Part shown: positions 1 to 12,900 of the stretch, piece by piece | How positions within the stretch are numbered: position 1 is the stretch's first letter | Layout of the letters: each line of letters opens with the position of its first letter | Assembly (NCBI RefSeq): GCF_002113885.1 | Contig: NW_018408820.1 | Span: 1,145,654-1,209,309, forward strand | Source: Mizuhopecten yessoensis | Lineage: Eukaryota | Length of the DNA stretch: 63,656 nucleotides | Direction: 5' to 3' | Program-made: the position numbers and the translations under genes | The notes under the pieces: model-generated | What the model saw: only the letters and a program-made list of their open reading frames with translations | What the model was told of the DNA's origin: nothing | Database searches by the model: none

Positions 1-899
1 GGGGGGGCAGAAAATCAATAACAAAAAGACGAAATCTGATATGAATATTTATAGTCACATAAGGCGTACAGGGTCGGAAAGACATGTTTGTATTGGCAGT
101 TTGAGAAAGACACTGGTACAGACAGGTAGACGTTTATGTAAGTAAGGGATAAGAGTTCACAATTGTATTTACATAAACGCTTTAATTTTGTATTGGTACA
201 TCGGTGGCAAGTATATTCGATTGCAAGTTCTATAGCTAGCAAGAATCGATCAGCTTTACCATTTAGAATGGGCTGAAATCATTATCATAAGAGATTTAGT
301 TATAAATCTGTGCTAGCGTTATTCCTGCAGGTTTATGCGAATTTCTTTCAAAACCGAAAAAGAAAATTGAAAGTGCACGTTACGCAAACGTATTACACAT
401 ATATCGACACGTGATATTTATACGGTACATAGGTAATTACAAACACTTTACATTGAACATGACACTACAGGGATTTGGGAATATAAAGGCCAACCTTCAG
501 CCGTATATGAAATATATATTATTACCTTCGAATACCCATGGATAATGTTCTACATACTTATATGCACTTCATTTATAGATGTTTTGAGGGGAGGAAGATC
601 TGAAGATGATAATTTTCTGAAATCGTGCGACCATTTTATGGAAGAAATAACAGTTAATCGCCATATACTTCATGTCGCTTGAAGAAAAAGCAAATTTTAT
701 CAGAACTGATTTTTAATAAAAATAAGGTAAGGTGAATCATGACGAATTGCCTAAGATTGATTAAATGAAGAAAAGAGAAAATCATGACGTCATGTTTAAC
801 ATGTAAAGAGGTATGGTGGCTTTATAATAAGCACACACGGTAGCTATAACTTAAGCATCCATATAGCAGTAATAAAATAAGCACATGTTACAGTTAAAT

Positions 900-2610
900 G
901 TATGTAGTCGTCAAAATCATATGCGGCGGTTATATAATAACAATCGTATACGGCGGTTATATAATCATAATCATGTACGGCACTTATATAATCACAATCA
1001 TATACGGCGGTAATAAAATCACAATCATATACGGCACTTATATAATCACAATCATATACGGCACTAATATAATCACAATCATGTACGGCACTAATATATT
1101 CACAATCATATACGGCACTTATATAATCACAATCATATATGGCACTAATAAAATCACAATCATATACGGCGGTTATAACATCACAATCATATACGGCGGT
1201 TATAACATCACAATCATATACGGCGGTTATAACATCACAATCATATACGGCGGTTATAACATCACACTCATATACGGCGGTTATAACATCACACTCATAT
1301 ACGGCACTTATATAATCACAATCATATACGGCACTTATATAATCACAATCATATACGGCACTTATATAATCACAATCATATACGGCACTTATATAATCAC
1401 AATCATATACGGCACTTATATAATCACAATCATATACGGCACTTATATAATCACAATCATATACGGCACTTATATAATCACAATCATATACGGCACTTAT
1501 ATAATCACAATCATATACGGCACTTATATAATCACAATCATATACGGCACTTATATAATCACAATCATATACGGCACTTATATAATCACAATCATATACG
1601 GCACTTATATAATCACAATCATATACGGCACTTATATAATCACAATCATATACGGCACTTATATAATCACAATCATATACGGCACTAATATAATCACAAT
1701 CATGTACGGCACTAATATATTCACAATCATATACGGCACTTATATAATCACAATCATATATGGCAGTTATAAAATCACAATCATATACGGCGGTTATAAC
1801 ATCACAATCATATACGGCGGTTATAACATCACACTCATATACGGCACTTATATAATCACAATCATATACGGCACTTATATAATCACAATCATATACGGCA
1901 CTTATATAATCACAACCACATATGGCGGTTATATCATCACAATCATATATGGCGGTTATAACATCACAATCATATACGGCGGTTATAACATCACAATCAT
2001 ATACGGCGGTTATAACATCACACTCATATACGGCACTTATATAATCACAATCATATACGGCACTTATATAATCACAATCATATACGGCACTTATATAATC
2101 ACAACCACATATGGCGGTTATATCATCACAATCATATACGGCGGTTATATCATCACAATCATATACGGCGGTTATAACATCACAATCATATACGGCACTT
2201 ATATAATCACAATCATATATGGCGGTTATATAAACACAATCATATATGGCGGTTATAACATCACAATCATATACGGCGGTTATAAAATTACAATCATATA
2301 CGGCACTTACATAATCACAATGATATAGGGCGGTTATACCATCACAATCATATACGGCACTTATATAATCACAATCATATACGGCACTTATATAATCACA
2401 ATCATATACGGCGGTTATAACATCACACTCATATACGGCGGTTATAACATCACATTCATATACGGCGGTTATAACATCACACTCATACACGGCGGTTATA
2501 ACATCACAATCATATACGGCACTTATATAATCACAATCACATATGACAATTATAAAATAAGCACATATTGTAGTTATATAGTAAGAACACTCATCTATGG
2601 CGGTTATAAA
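900..2610. repeat. 27-bp minisatellite (unit ATCACAATCATATACGGCACTTATATA, variant ...GGCGGTTATAAC), about 60 copies
   Basis: Tandem periodicity is directly visible. It translates as 9-aa repeats (YDCDYISAV / IYGTYIITI) on both strands, and the units are degenerate at both ends. Confidence 0.95.
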
Positions 2611-3140
2611 ATGTACTGTTATTACTGTTCAAAAATTAACGCATATTGCGGATATTTCATTACCACATATAGCGGTAATTATATAAGCATTTGTTATGGC
2701 AATCAAATTGGCCTGTACTTCAGAAGTAGTCTCCTGATAGGTAGTGCTTCTGATACAGTTTTAAAGGTACTTGCACCAAATGCGGAAGTTTATTAATCAT
2801 GTGATGACGTCAGAACGCTACCCGGCACGATTATAAACTATTTTAACTACAACGATTCTTTTTCATCCACTTCCTTGTTTGGATTTACCTGTAGTATGTA
2901 GGCGTCATCATAGTACGTGTAGTACGTGGCAGCACACTTATATACTTATACCAATGTACATTACCAGTAGTTGATCATATTACGCATGACGGGCTGATGC
3001 TGAATAGCAAACGAAATAATACAAACAGAACCGCTCGCGCTTGTAGTAAACTAAAATCGGGTACCATGCCTCTACTACGATCTGGAGCACACCTAGGCGC
3101 ACTGAACCGTTTAACTACAGCCAAATTAATCAAACCTAAG

Positions 3141-3650
3141 ATTTTCAAGATTTCAAGATTTTTACAACACTCGGACACACATAAATATGTGTAACAAGAG
3201 GTCGTGTATATATAACATAGTTTGAGTGCATGACAGGCAAGCATTCTATATCAACGCCTAGTTACATACAAATAAGTCAGTGTTCAACGTATCTAAAATG
3301 CCACTAGCAAACAGTTATAGCAAAAAATATAGAATAGAGACACTACAGTGCTTTTGTTAATTTTTGGACAAATAAGCTTACACATTTTAACAATTTCATA
3401 TTAAAAATTGTGAACATTCCTTTCATTTTATGTTGGTTTGGACTTGTATGAAAATAGGCCGGAATATGTTTTTCCCTTGTCTTGAATAAAGTATCGTTAT
3501 TACAAGTATATAAGTAATGAAACTCGTCCCCAATACCAGTATTACAGAGTAGGCATATTCTGTCTTGTCTTTGAATTCCCACCAATCTTCCTGTTTCTAC
3601 TGGAAGCTTAATATTTGGAGTTCTAAATTTGCAGATAATATTCAAGATTT
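3141..3650 (-). mobile_element. 3' fragment of a second LINE, inserted antisense into the first
   Basis: ORF 3343-3645 reads CKFRT...LPVETGR...RICLLC...GDEFHYLYTC, a typical LINE ORF2 C-terminal zinc finger. An (AATCTTG)-type tail lies at about 3140-3163, and TAAG is present at both junctions. Confidence 0.8.
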
Positions 3651-3739
3651 TAAGGTATATCCATTTGCTCTGTATGGGTGTGGACTTTGGCTACTCACAA
3701 AAACAGACGTTCTCATGCTAGAGAGAGCTCAACACTATA

Positions 3740-3925
3740 TTCCGTCTTTGCGTATTGCAGAGTTATCTTCTCTTGGGAGCAGGTATTGATTGTTACGTCA
3801 CTTGTTTGTGAGAGTAACGTCATCAATTTTTGAGAAAACGACGTAATTTTCTCACACAAACCAATGACGTAACAATCAATACCTGCTCCCAAGAGAAGAT
3901 AACTCTGCAATACGCAAAGACGGAA
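3740..3925. mobile_element. Foldback MITE family A (about 186 bp, TIR TTCCGTCTTTGCGTATTGCAGAGTTATCTTCTCTTG...), copy 1
   Basis: About 60-bp terminal inverted repeats; six copies in the window; inserted at A^T within the LINE reading frame. Confidence 0.9.
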
Positions 3926-4338
3926 TTGTTAAATCTATTCAAGGATTCGCTTCATCCACTAGAACAGACATATGTACATCGCTAATCGGTTGGACTTCAA
4001 TCGAAGCATTCATTGACAACAAAAAATTATTTTTTCCTTGGCTTGTTACTGGATTATATATGTTCCTGTTAGAAGAAAAAGAGCAAACTAAATTGGTATC
4101 AGATTGGGTGAATGTGCTTAAAAATATGACTTATATCAAACATTGAAAGTTTATTTAGAATCAGGTGTTTTCCTTCCAAAAAATCAGTGGAAGACATTAG
4201 TTAAGAAGTCTGTTCTTTAGAAAGAGGAGTATGAAAAATGTGTAGGTGGAAAGAGAGAATGTCATTAGACAGCGATTTTAACAGATTTGTATAGCTCCAC
4301 ATGTATTTTGGAAACTTGTAATGAAATATCCCAAATGA

Positions 4339-4692
4339 GGAGGCACGGTAGTCTAGTGGTAGGACGCCGGGCTCGTGACCGAAGGGGGGCGGGTTCGAGT
4401 CACGGCACGGCAATGTGTTGTATCTTTGAGCAAGATACTTTCCTCCGCTTGTTCCAGTCTACTCAGCTGCAAATGAGTACGTGATTGGGCAGTGCTAGAA
4501 TTGTAGAATGCTAGCTGTGAGCGCCGAAATGGCAGCACCGGCTGTATGCTCCCCAGGGAGTTGAGAAAGATATTGGCTGGCTGCAAAGGCCCTATAACCA
4601 CGGATAATAATTTGTGAACCGCTTTGAGACGTCCTACGAACCAGGTTGTGATAAAGCGGTATATAAGAACCTCGAATTATTATTATTATTAT
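4339..4692 (+). mobile_element. tRNA-derived SINE with CORE-like central domain and L2-like 3' tail, copy 1
   Basis: A box TAGTCTAGTGG, B box GGTTCGAGTC, central TTGAGCAAGATACTT...CAGCTGCAAATGAGTAC, (TAT)n tail, probable AAATG target-site duplication (TSD). A near-identical copy lies at 15125. Confidence 0.88.
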
Positions 4693-5037
4693 AAATGGTG
4701 TGTACAACATTTAATGACGTTAATAGTAACCATCAGAAATGATAAGACAACAAATGTATGTCTTACATGTGGCGTTTTATACACAGTGTTTACTAGTCAT
4801 ATAATACTAAATTGTACCTATACGGAACATCTAAGAGACCAGTGTTGGTGTAGTATTGATAATGTGTGCTATACTACGTTAAGCGTTTACCTACACGGTC
4901 AATCTGACTATGAATTATTTCATACATTATGTGGTGGACAATCTGAATAAATACAGCTGTTCATTATTACGTACCGCATATAAGCCCAACCACTTCACTG
5001 CCTCTTTTCAAAGAATATGACACTAAGATTAGCTGTT

Positions 5038-5080
<43 letters not shown>

Positions 5081-5404
5081 GCCGAAGTAAGGTTTTGTTA
5101 CTATTAATAGATCTGCTTCACTTGATGAAACCATTTACAAGTATTGAGAACATTTGTGCAATACTTGATGTTCGTCATATAATTCAGCATTTCTTCCATA
5201 AGCATGTGACAAATTAATACGTGTTTTCCAGCACATTTTGAACACCAAGATATTTCCATAAAATCACTGTAGATTGAGATAATCTTACAATATGGTGGTC
5301 CGTGGACAGGGATATCTCAATCCGCGGGTAAAATTTTGCTGTCCAGCACGAGGCTTCGTTTAAATTCTTCCCTCCCATACTCGAAATAATGATGCCAGTG
5401 CCAA

Positions 5405-5591
5405 TTCCGTCTTTGCGTATTGCAGAGTTGTCTTCCTTTGTGAGCAGGTATTGATTGTTACGTCATTGGTTTGTGTGAGAAAATTTCGTCGTTTTCTCAA
5501 AAATTGATGACGTTACTCTCACAAACAAAATGACGAAACAACCAATACCTGCTCACAAGAGAAGATAACTCTGCAATACGCAAAGACGGAA
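5405..5591. mobile_element. Foldback MITE family A, copy 2
   Basis: Same TIRs as 3740-3925, opposite internal orientation, A^T flanks. Confidence 0.9.
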
Positions 5592-5987
5592 TACATTTCA
5601 AGTGGTCATATGCTTATATACCATTAGAATACAATAATGTGTTTATTCATATTGGTGATGAACAAATGAACATAAAAACCAAACACCGAATTATAGCACC
5701 AAGTTAACAATGGTTTTCTTTTTATTTAAAATCAAACAAATTTAATATAATATAAGAAGTACAAACATAATCGATTTAAATCTGTCAGCACAACAGAACT
5801 GTTTCCAACGCCGACGTCATTCGAGGAAGACGCTGGGTCAAGTATGCAAAACTGCGTCATAACTTCAGAGTGCGTGTACAGGCAGTCTTTAACGCGGGAA
5901 AGACAGTTTTATCTTTTCATGCGTGAATTACTTATTTTCACGGGCAACTATTGGAGAAATAGATGTCCTGAATTATTGAATATTGAA

Positions 5988-8900
5988 TTATTTCGATGAT
6001 ACAGCGACATCGATCCCATCTACTTCGTCATTTAGTCTTTCTGTCAGATATATGTCATGTACTGCAATTCTGTCATATGTTTTACCGTACAATGTTGTGA
6101 CGTACCTTGTAAGGACCATACCTATTATATATAATATAAGTGTACACACACCAAATATAATGAGTAGGAAACAGAACCAAAGGTTGGTGTACTCCTCCAT
6201 TAGCCAGCCAAGTAGGAGTGGAATCACAGCAGATCCAGAACACGTACACAGCATGAACAGAGAGGCTACCTTTCCCGTTGTTGGTGTGATGTAGTTATTT
6301 GTCCAAGTAAAGGTCAACGAAAATATCATTGATCTAAAGTAGCCCACCATCGCTGAAGATATCCATACACCTAAATTGGATTGTCCTATAGAACTAAATA
6401 AAAGCGCTGTAACGCCTACCGATGTACCAACGATATGAATTCCTAGGTAAACTAGAGTATTGAAACGGGAGACAAATATGGCTACGACTATAGCCACAAT
6501 ACAGCACACATTAGACACAGCGCTGACAAGTGCCCCGTCAGTTGGGGAAAACCCTATTTCCTCTACACAGTACACCACAATGAAAGATATATACCCCTCA
6601 CCTAGTGATATACCCATGAACATTAAACTGCAAATTAGTACGAGACAAACTACTTTTAGTTTAGTAGGCAAAACTCTTATTGTTCTGTCGTCTGCTGAAG
6701 ACTGTTTCATTTCTTTTGTTGTATCATTGACTTCCGTTATGTCATCATTAGTTTCCATATATCTCATAAAATGCAATATGAAGAAAGGCAAACAAACTAA
6801 CACTGCTAAAACCGCACTTATCGAATATGGAATAAACAGTCGAGAGGTCATGGTAGGTCTTTCTGTGTGCTTAGTCACATTTCCAGTTGTTTCATTACCG
6901 AAAGTGCTATTCACAGCTCTACCAAATGACTGAAATTGGATGTTGCTGGAAACAGTTGAAATGGATGAAATATTATGTAAGTATGTGACATTATCAAACG
7001 TGCTGTTCATGTGCTGATGAGTAGAAATGTCGTTTGTATAATCTGACAAGAAAGGGGCGACAACCAGGGGAGCTATAAACACACCTACAGAGTAAGAAAA
7101 CTCCATAAAAAAGTACATCATTTTCTTGTCGCTCCACATCTGCATCATCTCTGCATTACCAACTGAAACGAAACATATGAGGCTGTCAGTCAATAGTGTT
7201 CACATAAGAAATCAATGTATTGCAGCAATTTGAAAAACACAACATCGAGCATCAGTGGGACCGCATTCACTTAAATATGAGCATAACCACCGCACATTAT
7301 TTTCAGAAGTTGTATGGAATTATAACTTATAAAGTAAGCTCAACCAGCTTCATTTGAGATTATAGCCGGACCTCAATCGCATAACCAGCTCATACCTATT
7401 TACATTTTTAGGGTCGATGTAATGATTTTATTTAAGAACAAAAGTAGCTCATTAAAATTGATTATAAATTGTTTCATAGGAGCAACTCCGATGCTGCCTG
7501 TTTGGAACACTCCGCCCTAACTTTGTAGTAGGTTTGAGACATTCTCACCTTACTCTTTATCGTAACAGATTATAGTTTGCCTTTGATTTACAATACAATC
7601 GTCGGAGGTTTTACAAAAAAGAGAGAACAGTAAATCAAACAATGCAATGAATAATTGCGAGCGTCGCCGACATTATGGGGTTACAATCAATCGGGAACCG
7701 TCGGCACTTTCCGTAAACGAGAAAATACGTATTTTCTCGTTTACGGAAAGTGCCGGCGGTTCCCGATTGGGGTAACAATTTGTACGAAATCATTCATTAC
7801 CTGTGTCCACCATACCCGAAGCAAAGCCCTGACAAAAGTGAGCCGCAGCCATCAACACAAAGACGAAGCACCAAGGAACACCGGCTGTCACAATCCCTAT
7901 TAGAAGTAGACCTGTACCGTAAAAGATGTTCCGATTTATTTTATCATATAAAAATCCTCCAGTCACACACCCAAGGGCATATCCAATGAAATTCACGGTA
8001 GATATCCACGAACCAAGTTTCAACGTGACGTCACTAATCAACTGTAAATCTATGAAGGATGGCCCAAACAGACCTCGAATCCAACCCTGGAAAGTAAAGA
8101 GTTGAAAACAGTTAACCCATATGATTGTGAGTGGAATGATATATATTTTTTAATGATCTGTTAATTGTTAGTTTCCTAATGTTAGAGAGTGTATCGATAA
8201 TGTAGTTGTCAGCGAGCTAACATTATTTTTGTGGATGTGAGTGGTACCACCGTACCGCTTCCAGCACACAAACTAACATTACACATACATTATACACATG
8301 TCCTTAAATGACCCTAGCTATCTATAGGAAGCTTAACCCCCTTTAACCAAACCATTCCCTGCTCTGTAATCATATGACCCTGGCTTTTGGCGTTATGCCC
8401 AAAATAAAGTTAAGTGTGTCTTTACGGTTGCAGCACCCATGCTGGTAGGAAATTGAGAAAAGAACACACCTGTTATTACCCACTACATTTTGTAAGAGAC
8501 GGCTAATGCGGGAATCCTGACCTCAGACGCATGAAGGCGAACAAAGTAGATATGCTGAATCTATTACAACATTCAGGATATGAATAAATTTTCCCTTCCT
8601 TAAACCCTTTGTTTCCTTGCGCCTTCCTGAGCAATAACGTACTTTTCGGCCTTAGTGTTGAACGTTCGGCCTAATGAAAAGAGCCAATTCTGCCCCCGGC
8701 CGGGACATACCGAAGTCCTTTAAGCTGGTATTGTGTATTCCCTGTTTAACGTTTAGTAAATTGGGTAATTGCAACAAGTGGTTATTAGTAAGTGTAGTGT
8801 GATCTTGGGAATGCTATGCTGGTTTCCTTCAGCATCGCTTTAAACTGAAGTAGTACTATTTATTTAATCGTATCCGCACCAACAAACAGCCTGCAGCAGA

Positions 8901-9704
8901 CATACTTGTTTATAGACCCGATAAATCAAACGTTATAAACCATGCTTAATATTCTTTCCTTGCTTTGGTGTTTCACAAGACTATTACCCCCCTCCCCATT
9001 TCAAAATGATTTAAGAAGGTGTGGAGTTTCGACGGGGTTAAGCAACGAAGGAAAAATACTTTAGTGATATTTACATAAAATGTTTTTGTTTGTTTTGTTT
9101 GTTGTTTTTATGTTTTTACATTTGCTTGCATGTATTGTACAACATTTAATAAACATCCAGCCCCAAAGACATTGAAGTTGTATAATTTAAAGAATACAAC
9201 CCGTAAGTTGCGTTGAATACGACCTGTTTTTGCCCGTTAGATGTTTTCTTACGTTTTAACGAAAATAAATGTTCGGATCCACTAAACATGACTTGGTGTT
9301 TATTTTTTCACAAATTACCCGACAAGAGGAATACAGTATCACATATACAAACACGTCTGCATTTAACAACAGTAATTAGAAATTAACTGGAAATATGTCT
9401 TTGCCATTTATTGATTATAGCTCGTGATTTAACCTGGAGGAGAAAATATTAAACAAGATATCAAATATCAAGGTAATAATATACCATACATACATGTAAC
9501 ATTGCATCCGGCAAAATGTTTCTTCCTTACATGGTATTCATGCGAATGTAAATATGTAACATTCTGCTAACAAAACAAAACAGTTCTTCCCCAACTAACA
9601 AAGAATATACTTACAATGATAAATAACATGGCATAAACGCATATCGAATATCCATATTTCTTTTTCTGGAATCTGTTCCATCGTTTCTCTTGTGAGTGAG
9701 CCAT
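5988..9704 (-). CDS. Major facilitator superfamily transporter, MFSD4 / sodium-dependent glucose transporter 1 (NAGLT1)-like, about 516 aa
   Basis: Exons 9704-9615 (MAHSQEKRW...AMLFII), 8086-7801 (GWIRGLFGPSFIDL...GFLYDKINR...GMVDT) and 7162-5988. All introns are GT-AG with consistent phases (0, 1). The protein has multiple hydrophobic TM segments, an MFS motif-A-like GxLxDK, and a large loop rich in N-glycosylation sequons. Confidence 0.88.
7688..7769. repeat. 82-bp loopless palindrome (one mismatch) in intron 2 of the MFS gene
   Basis: CAATCGGGAACCGTCGGCACTTTCCGTAAACGAGAAAATAC|GTATTTTCTCGTTTACGGAAAGTGCCGGCGGTTCCCGATTG. Confidence 0.9.
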
Positions 9705-10614
9705 TTTAGAGTTGTCTCTCTTTGTCCGTTTCTCTATGGTTTTATCTGTGTGAAAGGAATGTTAAAGGAGCTGGTCGGGGAAAAAAATACATAATAAATG
9801 GGTCTAAATGCGTTCTCTGGCCTTCCAAAAGTTATACTACGGCAATATGATGGTCGATATCTGCTTGCAATGTCCAGTTTTGACCACTGAAATCTCGGTG
9901 AAACCCCGCGTAAATTTAGCGCAGATCTATTTATATATGTTACGTGGTAGTTTCGAAAGTGAAGCAGTGAAGATAACAACAATAGCACGCCGTCTAACAG
10001 CCATGTCGGACTCAACTAGCGGACAAGACAGCAATACTATACGAAAATAATTGTTTTCAAAGGTCATGTATGATGCAAGTGTAGTATTCATATCTATATG
10101 TTGTTGTTATATATAACGGTATTGATACCTCGTGCCTGTCATGACTTTTGCATGCATCTTGTTCTTTCGCCGCGATGTTTACATTTGGCCTTGTTGATGA
10201 CGCGCATGCGGTAAAATTACATCACTGATCTGGGTCAATTGAGAGTTTTAGACTGTCAGGTGACGATTTAGGAATTCTTTGATAAAATTATAATTTTTAC
10301 TCTTAGGAAGTGAATTTCAGCAAAATTTGAATCGGTATATTTCATAAGAAGGTATTTTAAACATGTGTATGCCATTTTAGCAAATATGACATTTTTTCCC
10401 CGACCAGCCCCTTTAATGGGAGTCGGATTAACACACGTTAAAAGCTGAATAAGTATAATTGTAGTTTAATGTACAATCAATTTATTTACACAAGCGCTTT
10501 AGCAATGCTAGTAGGACAGGTCGTCAAAATATAGTTTATAGCACAAGTAGGGTGGTGTATCCAACTTCAAACCATAGATAAGCTAAGCAAGGTCAAGGTA
10601 GGCACACATGTACT

Positions 10615-10985
10615 GGGCTACATTCGCGTATCCCGGTTGAAACGGTACATGTGGCGCAGAAATTACCGTTCTATAAGCAGAGCTAAAAATCCACAGTTTC
10701 CGAGAATAAAAAAACAATGTATCAAGAATAGTATGCCCTTCTCTCACGCGTCCACTAAATTACATAACGTATCTTAAAAATTACATTTAACTTGACATTG
10801 TCTAAGAAAGAAATAACGCAAATTGGCAATAGTCAGCATTTTAGTTTCGGTCAGGTACGTCTGGACCCCTCAATCTACACGTACCAAATTTTCCTGAGGT
10901 CAGTCTCGGTCCAAATCTCTACCTGTCGTTTTCGTTACAGGTTCAACCGGTTCAACCGTTTCAACCGGATACGCGAATGTAGCCC
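10615..10985. mobile_element. MITE with about 30-bp TIRs (GGGCTACATTCGCGTATCC..GGTTGAAACGG), possibly PIF/Harbinger-type
   Basis: Inverted repeats at about 10615-10646 and 10955-10985. The superfamily is inferred only from the GGGC terminus, and the TSD is not clean. Confidence 0.6.
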
Positions 10986-11581
10986 TATATAGCGTTCAAA
11001 AGCAATAAACTGGAACAGCTGTAGGTCGTTAAGTCAGTAAACCATGAATAGCTGCCCCTTGATATCAATTTATACAATTTTACATGTCATCATATACTTA
11101 CAACCACGTTGAATTCACACTTACATCACGGACACACTAACGTTGCGTTATCACTTTGCTGTCCTTGTTGGCTGCACGAAGCTATCCAGGCCCGTTCCCA
11201 ACTCTTAACCGGATGTGGATTTACAAATCTTAATATCCGTATTTATGTGTTTTTGTCAGATTGACTACTGTAATAAATTTTCAAGGTGTAAACAAGTTTT
11301 CTTAATCTTTTATTGTATTTTTTAAGACTTGATCATGCAAGATTTTAAAATATTGATTTTATAGACTTATCTACGTATTGTGTTTGTATGACCTGAATGG
11401 ACCGTACTGACCTTAGCTGATGATATCTGAAGATATCGGTGGATAATTACAGATATATACAAAGATAACGTACACGTTTTAACAGAGGTAGCCTACTCTA
11501 ATCGGAAAGAAATACAGTTGGCGAACAACTTGTAATAGTGTCGTCCTGAACTCCGCCTAGTTGACATACTGTATACACTTA

Positions 11582-12900
11582 TTTTTAGTTTAAACATATT
11601 TTATTGCCAAGCAAATGGATTGGGCACAAGTTATCAAACTTATATTAAGCCCTTTCCTAGCAAATTACAAGCATATATTTACAATAGTACAACAAGATGG
11701 CAGAATTAATTTACATATATACACTATTTCATTTTTAAATGCTTTAATTTATAAATTGAAATTATAAGAGAGAGACAGAGAGAGAAAAGGGGGGAAGGGG
11801 GAAGAGACAGGGGGGATAATAGTCTGTAATTATAATACATACATCCTCATCATTATTAATGTATGACATATAGTATCTTCCTCTTAGAGAGAGTGGATAT
11901 TATGGTTCAATTGAGAGAGAGGGAGAGAGAGGGGACAAGGGGGAGGGGGTGTACTAGAATCTGTTAGAGTCACGAATGTATTGCTGAGTATGCATGAATA
12001 TCGTTATGTTTTCCTGTTCCGAAAGAGATGTATCTCCAAATAGAAGTAGATTTAAATTAAGAGGCATGTATTCATTCAGTTCACGATAAAGCTTAATTCT
12101 TTGTTCGTTATATATATCACAGGTAAAAAAGAAATGGTGTGTGTCTTCAATAGGGAAGCCACATATACAACGTTGGTAATCAATGAGGTTAACACGAAAC
12201 AGGTCACTTTTCAAAGTACTAGAACGGTTTCTTAATTTTNNNNNNNNNNNNNNNNNNNNNNNNNNNNNNNNNNNNNNNNNNNNNNNNNNNNNNNNNNNNN
12301 NNNNNNNNNNNNNNNNNNNNNNNNNNNNNNNNNNNNNNNNNNNNNNNNNNNNNNNNNNNNNNNNNNNNNNNNNNNNNNNNNNNNNNNNNNNNNNNNNNNN
12401 NNNNNNNNNNNNNNNNNAGGAAGTATAAATGTTCTATATATTTTATTCAGTGTACGTCGGTTCAGGGTATATTTCAATTTACGGAGGACACTTAATTGTT
12501 TAACTACTTTTTTACATATATTATCAATGTGATAGGTCCATTTACAGTTAGCATTGATGAATACTCCCAGATGCTTATGATTTTCAACAAATTCAATACT
12601 TACATTATTAAAGTTAATTTCAATGAGGTGATCAAGATCAATATTAGAAATAAGTAAAGCCTCTGTTTTTGCAGGATTGAATTTGACAAGCCACTTATCT
12701 GCCCACAATTGTATATTTACTAGATCATTATTAATTTTTTGTTCAATTACTTGTGGTGATTTATCCGAATACAAAAGAGAGGTGTCATCAGCAAATAGTT
12801 TTGATAGACTTTCTATATTATCTGTTATGTCATTAATATAAAGTATAAACAGCAATGGGCCAAGAACCGAACCCTGAGGTACTCCTGCATTTGTATACAC
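11582..12900 (-). mobile_element. 5'-truncated CR1/L2-group LINE (RT C-terminal half, zinc finger, 3' UTR), spanning N-gap 12240-12417
   Basis: GVPQGSVLGPLLFILYIND and LFADDT RT motifs, HKHLGV, CxC...EDTHHFFFTC. The 3' tail CCCAATCCATTTG...AATAAAATATGTTTAAA is shared with 18011-18239. Confidence 0.92.

Larger units (their letters stand above)
2945..5080 (+). mobile_element. 5'-truncated non-LTR retrotransposon (LINE ORF2 C-terminal region) interrupted by three insertions
   Basis: Removing the inserts gives ...RACSKLKSG...NRLTTAKLIKP|KVYPFALYGCGLW...LERAQHYI|VKSIQG...PHVFWKLVMKYPKW|CVQH...CLTC...H....C (a post-RT zinc-knuckle-like motif). It ends in an (AAT)n tail at 5040-5080. Confidence 0.75.

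Noticed and set aside
15-242. 75-aa Cys-containing ORF at the window start
   Set aside because: There is no recognisable motif and no supported exon partner, so it cannot be distinguished from a chance ORF.
8690-8940. Possible degenerate Meta-type SINE remnants (also about 14030-14450 and 8250-8350)
   Set aside because: Only short tail-like motifs are recognisable, so boundaries and family cannot be supported by eye.
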